Assembly (NCBI RefSeq): GCF_000002865.3
Contig: NW_001865089.1
Location: 70,286 to 90,285, forward strand
DNA length: 20,000 nt
Source of the DNA: Monosiga brevicollis MX1
Taxonomy: Eukaryota
Reading direction: 5' to 3'
Numbering within the stretch: position 1 is the stretch's first letter; each line of letters starts with the position of its first letter. Shown piece after piece: positions 10,595-20,000 of the stretch. The position numbers and the translations under genes were made by a program. The notes under the pieces were generated by a model. That model was given only the letters and a program-made list of their open reading frames with translations. It was not told where the DNA came from and searched no databases.

Positions 10595-11235
10595 ATGGGG
10601 GACGACGTCTTTCGGGTGTACCATGTCAATCGCTCTCAGGTGTGTGTGTGTGTGTGTGTGTGAATGATGGATGGCGAAGGAGAGCCTGCTCGTCGTCTCG
10701 CGGCAGCTCATTCGACTCGTTGACCCGGTGGCATTTGGCCTGCCTAGTGGAAGATCCCGGCTTACTTTACTGATCTACAGCCAGTGGGCAGTGGTGGCTA
10801 CGGTGCCGTTTGGTACGTCATGTTCGGCCCTCACCTCCTGACCTCTTCGTCCCATCGTACCTCTTTGTCGGGGGTCATCTCAGTATCATTGTGCTCGTTT
10901 GGTGCCTTGACTGCGTGGCAGCTCGGCCTTTGACGTTCGCCGCAATGCTACTGTTGCCATCAAAAAACTCAATCGTGCCTATGAGGTTCCAATCCTCGCC
11001 CTGCCCGTGCCGAGCGCCTTTGCCCTGTTGCCCTCTCACGTCCCGTCTGCTTGTACACTCTCCCAGCTCCCCATTTTGACCAAGCGCGCCTATCGTGAGA
11101 TCAAGGTTCTTCGCTTCATCAAGCATGAGAACGTGATTGGCCTTCTTGACATGTTTCTGAGCCAAGGTAAGCCCCCGCCTGCCTGCCATCTTCCTGCACT
11201 CGCTCTGTCTCATGTCCGCCTCAATGTCGATTTTG

Positions 11236-11272
<37 letters not shown>

Positions 11273-12853
11273 GTTTTCTTTTCATCATCATCGTCCTAAC
11301 ACACCTGCCTCTTTGTGCGCACCACAGTGGATGTCGACAGCCAACCCGACATTTATCTCGTCACCGAGTACCTGCCGGTCGACCTCTACTCTGTCATGCG
11401 TTCTCAGGGTGGGCCGTCGCCTTGGTCATCCTAACAACAACTCACCTGCACCTGTGCATCATCGTGGCTGTGACATTTTCCTCCCTCTACGTCATGCCTC
11501 ATAGTCATCTCCATCGACCACATTCGTCTGTTCATGTATCAAGTGGTCCGCGCCTTGCTTGTACGTTCATACGCAGCCCTTGGTTCTGCCTCACCCGGTC
11601 TTACTTGGTCCCAACTGGATCCAACCTCACGCTGCTTCCACGTCTCGGCAGTACGTACACAGTGGTGGACTGATCCATCGAGATCTCAAGCCCAGGTAAC
11701 ACTCACACACACCGGGGCCTGCCTGGGCCCTGCACCAGGCTACCACCCGGTCCTGCTGACCTCAACCCTTGTGGTCGTACGCCCATTGTTCTTCAGCAAT
11801 ATCGTCGTTGATGCATCCTGCAATCTGAAGATTATTGACTTTGGCCTGGCCCGTCCAACTGCCCCTGGTGTCGACAAAACGGGGTACGCCCATGTCGTTT
11901 GAGGCGGAGGCGGCCTGTTTGTCGCCGGTCTTCCTACATCTCACCATTGCCTGTTGTGGCCTTGGGTTGTGCCACAGCTATGTCACCACACGCTACTTTC
12001 GCGCCCCAGAAGTGTTTACAAAACCGGGTCTCTACGACGCGGCGGTGAGTAGGTTTCTTCCGGACCCGACTTTGTCCCGCCAGCTCCATGCTCGCTCATT
12101 GGGACTCGTTTGTGACGAGTTTGTTTAGATGGACATGTGGTCGGTGGGCTGTATCATGGCGGAGCTGATCATCGGCCGATCCCTCTTTGTGGGCTCATCG
12201 CCCATCCATCAAGTTGACGCCATTTGCCAGATTGTGGGCAAGCCCAGCGACGAGTTTATTGCCACCGTCCCGTCTGAATATGTGAGTGACAGCCCCTTTA
12301 AGACCCTTTGTCACACGCCCTTGATGAAGCGCAAGTTTCGAATGGGCAAGAGCAACCCCACCCATCCGGCCTGCTGACGGGCAGCTGTGAAACGATTGCA
12401 CAGGCACGCACATACTTGCAGTCCTTGGAGGATTATCCGCGCCAAAACTTTCAAGAGATGTTTGCTGGGGCTGATCCGGCGGCCATTGATCTCTTGGATC
12501 GGCTGCTTCAGTTTGACGAGCGCCGCCGCCCCACGGCGCGTGACGCTTTGCGTCACCCTTTTTTTGCCGAGTATCACATTGAAGAGGATGAGGTGGGTCA
12601 TTCTTCTCTGTTTTTCATCCTGATCACGCCGCCCGTGTATGGTGGTGGTGGTGCCAGTGTTGTTGTTCGAGTTGCGCTTTCTTGTACTTTTTAAGGGCGT
12701 GCGTGGATGATGTCTCATCGCACACCTGAGTTGTGCAGCCTGTGGTCAAGGATGGGCAGGTGTATGATGCGACATATGAGCGGCTCGACCTGGACGTGGC
12801 TGGCTGGAAAGGTAAGATGGTGTGCGGTGTTTTACACCAGGCCACGTGCTGCG

Positions 12854-12923
<70 letters not shown>

Positions 12924-13556
12924 ACAGATGCTTTTTGTTGTTGTTGTTTATTGCAAGAATTCCCCCCCCCCCCTTTTTTTTTCTTGACAGGGCATGACCC
13001 TCTGTCTCCACCTGCCTACTCTGCATCCCTTAGAGTTGATTTTACAGGAAGCCGCCGCTTTTCAACAAGAAAAGGCGGCAGCGTTGCAAGCGGCCGAAAG
13101 CATACCCCAAGATCAGGCGGCCGCTTACTACGCATCCCAGTTGGCCGAGCAACAACAGCCACCACAAGATGGTGCTGCTGCACAGACCGGCACCTCGCCG
13201 TTTGAAGAGGACTGGCGGCCTTGGAGGGGATGGATCTGCAGCTCGATGACTTGCAACTGGCCGGCCTGGGCTTTCTGCCTCCGCCCAATACAGCAGAGCA
13301 ATTTCCAGATGTTCCCCTGGCCCTGATGACACCATCCGCTCAGCAGACATTTGTCGCTTACCAACAGTCGCTTGTTCAGCAACAAGCAGCCCCGGCGGAG
13401 GCCGGCATGCTCGCTTCCATCGATGCCCAACTCGCCGAACTGCGTCAACAGGGCCAATCAAGCCTCGGCTTTTCTGCAGACGAGGAAGACGAATTTGTAC
13501 GCTCCCTCCTCGGCGAAATTGAAGCCGACGATGGCATCCACGACGAGCAATTTTAG
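10595..13556 (+). CDS. p38: Stress-activated MAP kinase, p38/Hog1 type (TGY), about 13 exons, with a long acidic C-terminal extension (apparent frameshift near 13210)
   Basis: Spliced product: MGDDVFRVYHVNRSQ|WKIPAYFTDLQPVGSGGYGAV|CSAFD...VAIKKLNRAYE|LPILTKRAYREIKVLRFIKHENVIGLLDMF...YLVTEYL...IHRDLKPS|NI...DFGLARPTAPGVDKTG|YVTTRYFRAPEV...DMWSVGCIMAEL...YHIEEDE|P. It is colinear with p38 (VGSGAYGSVC, KHENVIGLLD, YHDPDDEP). The kinase-frame stop is at 13326; the alternative-frame tail ends at 13556. Confidence 0.93.
12856..12922. repeat. (TG)n microsatellite in the last MAPK intron; a shorter (TG)n begins MAPK intron 1 at 10640-10662
   Basis: Directly visible dinucleotide runs. Confidence 0.95.
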
Positions 13557-13819
13557 ATCATCCTGCTCTCTCTCTCCCTCTCTCTGTCTCTATCGCTCAA
13601 TCGAGACTCGCCTCAATTGATTCGAGCTCCCGAGCTCTCTCTCTCTCTCGCGCGCGCCAAAATCGTCTGAAATTTTGAAACAAAAAAAAGAACTGTGATG
13701 ACAGTTTGCATCTCTCTCTCTCTCCATTGATCTCTCTGATTTCTCTCTCTGTTGTCTCTCTCTTCATGTGTTTCTGTCGTCTCTTCTCTCTCTCTCTTTT
13801 CCTTTGTGTCTTTGCTCTT

Positions 13820-13823
<4 letters not shown>

Positions 13824-13867
<44 letters not shown>

Positions 13868-14510
13868 NNNNNNNNNNNNNNNNNNNNNNNNNNNNNNNNN
13901 NNNNNNNNNNNNNNNNNNNNNNNNNNNNNNNNNNNNNNNNNNNNNNNNNNNNNNNNNNNNNNNNNNNNNNNNNNNNNNNNNNNNNNNNNNNNNNNNNNNN
14001 NNNNNNNNNNNNNNNNNNNNNNNNNNNNNNNNNNNNNNNNNNNNNNNNNNNNNNNNNNNNNNNNNNNNNNNNNNNNNNNNNNNNNNNNNNNNNNNNNNNN
14101 NNNNNNNNNNNNNNNNNNNNNNNNNNNNNNNNNNNNNNNNNNNNNNNNNNNNNNNNNNNNNNNNNNNNNNNNNNNNNNNNNNNNNNNNNNNNNNNNNNNN
14201 NNNNNNNNNNNNNNNNNNNNNNNNNNNNNNNNNNNNNNNNNNNNNNNNNNNNNNNNNNNNNNNNNNNNNNNNNNNNNNNNNNNNNNNNNNNNNNNNNNNN
14301 NNNNNNNNNNNNNNNNNNNNNNNNNNNNNNNNNNNNNNNNNNNNNNNNNNNNNNNNNNNNNNNNNNNNNNNNNNNNNNNNNNNNNNNNNNNNNNNNNNNN
14401 NNNNNNNNNNNNNNNNNNNNNNNNNNNNNNNNNNNNNNNNNNNNNNNNNNNNNNNNNNNNNNNNNNNNNNNNNNNNNNNNTCTCTCTCTCTCTCTCTCTC
14501 CCTCTCTCTC

Positions 14511-14570
<60 letters not shown>
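13824..14570. other. Assembly gap (N 13868-14480) flanked on both sides by (CT)n
   Basis: 613 N bounded by CT dinucleotide arrays, consistent with a repeat-caused scaffold gap. Confidence 0.98.
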
Positions 14571-14574
<4 letters not shown>

Positions 14575-14596
14575 GTTTCGAACAAGCAAGATCAAG

Positions 14597-16926
14597 ATGG
14601 ATGTGCTGCAACGGGTGGACTGGCAGCGGGTGCTGGAGCGTTCCCTCGCTGCGGCAGTTGGGGCTGGTTTGGCGCTGCTGGTGCGGCAGCTACTGGTGGA
14701 TTGGAATGGTGTGCAAAAGGCGGTGGTAGCTGCGTCCAATGGGGGGGTATGTTGCCGTTTTTGCACGAAACAGCCGACTAACGAGCACGCGAGACCTCAT
14801 GGCATGAATGCGATGCGGCGACGGTAGCCTTGGACGGCCGAGAGCAAGCACGCGCTGCTTTCGCTTCTTTACAACGTCGCACGCTCGGCTGCCCGGCGAG
14901 GTATGGGCATGATGCTGCTGAGTCGCCCGCGACCTTTTTGTCTTTTAACCATTTTTTGAAAATGAAGCAGCCTGCCGTGCGTGCGGGATCTGAGCGCTCA
15001 ACAGTGGTTTTCCTGTGCACAGAGGGCAACCTACACCGCGGCATCTCGTGCAACAACTGCAATGCTGCGCCCATCGTTGGCAAGCGCTTCAAGGTGGGTG
15101 TGGTGTGCGTTTCCAGCTGACAGGCGTGGCTGGACGCTGCTCACGACGTTTGAGTTCTTGGGGCTGGCTCTGCCGGATGCAGTGCTTGAATTGTATCGAC
15201 TACGACGTGTGTGAGGATTGCGAGCCCGTGGACCGCCACAATCCTCGTCATGTTTTTGTCAAGATCAATGTGCCTCTGCCACCCATGCTGAACCCGCGCA
15301 AGGCGCTCCTGGACCCGTTTTATCCTGGTACGTTTCGACCACATGCCAGAACCCCCCCCCTGTTCTTTAGTGTGAACTCACATAAAGTTGGGGCTTGGGG
15401 TGTCACCTTCACCCCACAGGGTCGGCCATGGCGCCTGCCGTGTTGGCCTGGACCACAATCAAGCAGCTGAAGAGAATGACACTCTGTACGTGTGCAGGAT
15501 GTGCGGCTGCTGCGGGGGATATCGTGCTTGGTTGTGGCGTAACGGTCATCTTGACTCTCACCCTGTTTCCATTCGTCCCATTGGGGACCCAGTCTCGCGC
15601 ATTGAGATTGAAATGCTTTATCAACAAGTAAGCCGAAACGCGTGCGCCGAGGGTGCTGCCGCCAAATTCTGCTCATTTTCATGTTGTTCTTGATGGGTCC
15701 CTTGCAGTTTGTCGCCCTGTCAGAGGGGGAACCGGGCCATTTGCACATTTCGCGGGCCACCTTTATGCAGTGCCTCGGTCCATTGGGTTCCAAGGCTAGC
15801 CTTGTGGCCAACCTAGTGTTTGATGTGGTACGTTGGTAGTCTTGAGCCTAGCTTGCCTTGTTTGATGGTCTTCGATCAACGTGCGCTTGCGATGCCACAG
15901 GTGTATGCGCGGGGAGATGAAGTGATTACGTTTCCCAGTTTTGTTCGGGGCCTGTCGGTGCTGCTCAAAGGCAGCTTTGACGAGAAAGCCGAGCGTACGT
16001 TGGCCAAAGACAAAGCATGCTGTTGATGGGAGTTTTGGCACACGCGTGCAATGTTGTGTGCATGATGGCTGCGGTGTGGTGGCTCATGGCATGGTTTGTG
16101 GATGGGGGGGGGGTGAACTGGCAGTGGCATATCAAGGCTACGACATGGAGGACTCGGGGTCGATTGGACGAAGCCGCATGCGCACATTGCTAACGGCGCA
16201 GTTTGAGGTGAACATGCACCACGTCAAGGAAGTGGTTGACAACTTGGACGAGGATCTGGTCAGTGGTGAATTCGCGAGATGTCGCGCAGTAGTCGTGAAA
16301 CAAAAAAAGGAAGAAGTCGCTCGGAAAAAAAAAAGAACAAGTTACTGCTCTTGCCTTCTCTCACTGCACATGTTGGCGCGCACACTCAAACGGTGTACGA
16401 CGCGGGGACTGTAGTTGTCCAAGTTTGCGGTGGAGGAGGATCGGCCAGTGTCCAGCTTGTTTACGGCAGCCATCCCACACCAGTCTCATCTTGGTCCAGA
16501 AAAGGCCCGCGAGGTGCGTTTGAGACTAGAGTACATCCCTGCGCCTTTTTGTTTCTCCTCTTGGGTGTTTGGCGGTTCCTCTCTTGTTTTGGCTGACCAC
16601 ATTTATTTGGCGGTCGACAGGGAGATGCCATGCCCGCCAACTTGATAGATCAAGCACTGAGTGGGTTTGGAGAAGTGGGTGGCCCCCGGGGCTCGGCGTC
16701 GGGCCATGGACGAGGCGCTCAGAGTCCTCAAACCCTGTGGCGAGCCCGGCGCCTATCAGCCTCGATGCAGGGGGTGTCGTCGGCGGCGATTGAGCTGGTT
16801 GTGACGCGTGTCTTTGATGACTTTGCCGCCGAGCCCTCGCGGTTGCGCAAGGAAGAGTTTTTGGCTGCCGCCACGGTGGAGCCAACCCTGATTGCCTGGA
16901 TTGAGGTGCTTGGCACCATCTTTTAA
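14597..16926 (+). CDS. N-terminally membrane-anchored ZZ-type zinc finger plus calcineurin-B/NCS-like EF-hand protein, about 11 exons
   Basis: Exons 14597-14746 (hydrophobic LAAAVGAGLALLVRQLLV), 14828-14900 (ALLSLLYNVARSAARR), 15023-15093 and 15183-15327 (ZZ: HRGISCNNC...RFK|CLNCIDYDVCEDC...HNPRHVFVKI). These are followed by FSRIEIEMLYQQF, ITFPSFVRGLSVLLKGSFDEK and AYQGYDMEDSGSIGRSRM, ending WIEVLGTIF* (TAA 16924-16926). Confidence 0.85.
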
Positions 16927-17790
16927 GCATTTTTACTTTTTTTTGTCTTCCTGAAGGCTCGTCTTTTGTGTGTACATTTGTGCGTGCCTGCTGTCGACTG
17001 CTGTCGCGGTGGCTGGCATCTCCGAGAGACGGCTTTTCTTGTTTCTTATTCCTGCAGGGTGTTGACGAGGTCGTGTTGGTAGTGAGAAGTTGGTCTAGGA
17101 TGGAAACTGTTGAACAGTTTGATGGCGGTTGGACCTTGATGCGCGCGGCCGGGGCTACCGTTCGTCCGTCCGTGTCGCTTTCAGTTGAAATTCACAACAA
17201 CCCGAAATTTGTGCGAGCGAAAGCAGTGAATCTTCACTTTGAGCCCGTTGAGCTTTCCCTTGTTTACTCACACATGCCGTCGCGCGCTGGGTGCCATCTT
17301 GAGGGAGCTGGCTGTGTGGAGAGGTGTGCGATCGGCAACGCGTACGCGGCACAAGAGAGGATGGCTCCAGGCTTCCATGGCTAAACGGCTGATGTGAGCA
17401 CCAAGCCGACGCAAAACCGTTGCGCCCAATGATTGACTAGGGGGTTGGTGTCTGGGGAGAAAGGTGACGCCAACAAAAACAAAACCGTGCAAGCAGGGGT
17501 ATCGCTAGTAAGAGGGGTCTGCGCGAGCCACACTGTCTTGGCGTTGAAAGGTAACGTCGGTGTCCAAGTGCCGGAACGCGAGGCGGCGAAGGGTAGAGAG
17601 CAGGTGTAACCACAAACAATGCATGGGAGCAGGGCCATAGGAGCGATCAAAGCAAGCGCGCGCGCGTCCCAAACGATCAAATTTGGGAAAAAAAGGCCTC
17701 CAACGGTCGACAAGGCACGAGGCACAAGGAGAGAGACGAGGCACAAGGAGAGAGACGACGCAGGGTTTGGTTTGTCCCTCTAAGCGCGCG

Positions 17791-18220
17791 CTCTCTCTGT
17801 GACTCTCTCTCTCTCTCTGTGACTCTCTCTCTGTGACTCTCTCTCTGTGACTCTATCTCTCTCTCTGTGACTCTCTCTCTGTGACTCGCTCTCTGTGACT
17901 CTCTGACTCTCTCTCTGACTCTCTCTCTGACTCTCTCTCTGTGACTCTCTCTCTGTGACTCTCTCTCTGTGACTCTCTCTCTGTGACTCTCTCTCTGTGA
18001 CTCGCTCTCTGTGACTCTCTGACCTGACTCTCTCTCTGACTCTCTCTCTGTGACTCTCTCTCTGTGACTCTCTCTCTGTGACTCTCTCTCTGTGACTCGC
18101 TCTCTGTGACTCTCTGACTCTCTCTCTGACTCTCTCTCTGACTCTCTCTCTGTGACTCTCTCTGTCTCTGTCTCTGACTCTCTGTGAGTCTCTCACTCTG
18201 TCTCTGACTCTCTCGTCTCT
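17791..18220. repeat. Degenerate compound satellite with ~12-16 bp units, (GACTCTCTCTCT[GT])n
   Basis: Repeated tgactctctctc / gtgactcgctct units derived from a CT microsatellite. Confidence 0.92.
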
Positions 18221-19805
18221 GTCTTTGCCCCCGAACCAAAACAAAAACACCTGGCGCTGCATCTCTGAATGGCAGGACGTTTCCAAGCTAAAACACGAAA
18301 CAGGGTGCAATGACGCAGCACAATCTCTGAACGAAACGGAATAGGGGATACAATGGAAAAGGGGCGCCGGATAAAATATCTGACATTTCAGGACCCACAC
18401 ACGTGCGTGCATGGCCACGTCACACTTGAATACAGGCTTTACTCGTCCTCCTGCATAGATTTGCCACACATACGCTCACAAGCAAACAAGAGATCAGATA
18501 CTGACCTCTGATGGGAGGGGGCAGTCACAGCCCGACTGCCACTGCTAGCACGGACGAGAGGGCCGTCATTGCTGGCCTTGAGAGTAGAGAGGGCCGCTCT
18601 GTCTTTGATGGCCCTCGGGCTCGGCCGGCGGGCGCTCGCTAGTGGTGACCCTCACCAACACAACTAAAACGAAGAAACGTCGAACAAATATCAACAAACA
18701 GTCTCTCTACCGACAACAGTGGGGCAACGCGCTCCTCTTTGGTTTGTCTGACAAGAAGCAAATACCTGTCAACGCCGGAACACCCAGCTGCCATATCTCT
18801 GCTTTCCCTACGGTATTCACACGGGGCGATCTTGCCCGTTTATGCGTCCCTCTTCCGACTTGTCAGGCAATTGACACTCTCTCTGCAACAGCCACACAAC
18901 TTACACCCACTCTCTGCCCTCGTTCCCCGCCTGTGAACTTCCCTTGGTCTTTCACCACCACTTTATTTTTTTCCGTTTTTTTTTTTCGCGATTTTTGATT
19001 TTTTTTTAAATCTCTTTTTTTTTAATTTTTAATTTTTATTTTATTCTTCGGGGAAGTGACGACGACACGACGACGACGACGACACGACGACGGCACTCAC
19101 CCGGTATGCGTTGACGGCGCCGACGGCCTGCGCTGTGACCCCTTTTCCATGTGCATGTATCGACTGGCTGCCCTTGGTATCACCACTGGTTTAGCGTGAA
19201 TCGCATGAGAGAGAGTGTGTGTGTGTGTGTTGTTGACGTTGTTTGGTGATGGCGTGCTCACACACACACGCGGGTGCGCGAGTCATGATGATACGTTTTT
19301 GGCAGCGCCAGTCGTGTCCTTCATTATTATGGTGCTGATGGTGGTCTCGTGGGCTTGTTCTCTTCTCCCCTCCCTCGCATCTGACCACTCTTGTCTCCAT
19401 GCGTATCCGCGTGTGTGTGTGTGGTGTGTGTGTGCGTGTGTCACGATGTCGTGGCGCTCACTGCCCGGTCGCAGAGCATGTCCACCGCCCCTTGTGCCAA
19501 CATACAAACCCCTTTCCCCCTTCCCCCCGCTCCTTCAGCCCCCACATCCGACGGCTTTGCATCTCCTTCTCACCGCTACCATTCCCATCCTCCGGCACGA
19601 CCCCGCGACCTCGCTGCCCAACACACACACACACACACACATGAGCATTTCTCATTTATACTGCTGTTGTATCGGTTAATGCAGCTGTTATGAAAGTTAT
19701 TGTCGTTGTTGATGTTGTTGAAGTGGTACGCTAAAGCAAACGGGTGAAAAGTTGTTGAAGCACTTGAAGATCTTTTTGCTGTAGCGTTTGCCACGAGATC
19801 TTTTT

Positions 19806-19840
19806 TTTCTTCTTCTTCTTCTTCTTCTTCTTCTTCTTCT
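19806..19840. repeat. (TTC)n trinucleotide run; other simple repeats nearby include (GAC)n at about 19057-19092 and (CA)n at 19620-19641
   Basis: Directly visible. Confidence 0.9.
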
Positions 19841-20000
19841 CCAACCCTGCCCCCCCCCTGCACCCTGTGGCCTGCCCTCTGCCCCCTGCCCCCCTGCAGG
19901 CCTGCCCGGTGACTCGTTCAGGGACTCTCCCTTGCTCTCTGCTCCACCCGTCCACGTTTGCTTGAACCCAGAGTGTTGGTGCGACCGCCGTTTTCAACCC

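Noticed and set aside
13613..14827. Long ORFs containing X and ER/SL repeats
   Set aside because: Artefacts of the N gap and (CT)n arrays; only the part from ATG 14597 is coding.
16968..17750. Possible small gene (ORF 16968-17384 on +, or minus-strand exons with a GTGAGT donor near 17271)
   Set aside because: No coherent spliced product or recognisable domain could be built.
17718..17755. 19-bp tandem duplication (also a 13-bp duplication near 3888-3917 in a CARMIL intron)
   Set aside because: Simple slippage duplications; no element lies between the copies, so they are not target-site duplications.
17780..18469. RE/SQ-rich minus-strand ORFs resembling SR/RE proteins
   Set aside because: Translation of a CT-derived satellite, open in several frames, with no gene context.

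Overview
Eukaryotic, intron-rich genomic DNA: short GT-AG introns, many (CA)/(CT)/(TG) microsatellites and a 613-nt N gap. The style and gene content suggest a choanoflagellate such as Monosiga brevicollis (inference). Five genes can be reconstructed by hand-splicing. (1) A 5'-truncated CARMIL/LRRC16 homologue (+, to 5973) with LRRs, an intron-split CPI motif, a 13x30-bp Pro repeat and a candidate WH2-like/acidic-Trp pair. (2) A minus-strand single-pass membrane protein with a tiny ectodomain and a Tyr-containing disordered tail (6408-7762). (3) An intronless Cys-less (Pro-loop, ELIC/GLIC-like) pentameric ligand-gated ion channel with an N-terminal SAM-like domain and no evident signal peptide (8854-10152). 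(4) A p38/Hog1-type TGY MAP kinase (10595-13556) whose acidic C-terminal tail is interrupted by an apparent -1 frameshift. (5) A membrane-anchored ZZ zinc-finger plus degenerate EF-hand protein (14597-16926). The last 3 kb appear non-coding and are rich in simple repeats. The SAM-pLGIC fusion is the most unusual item.
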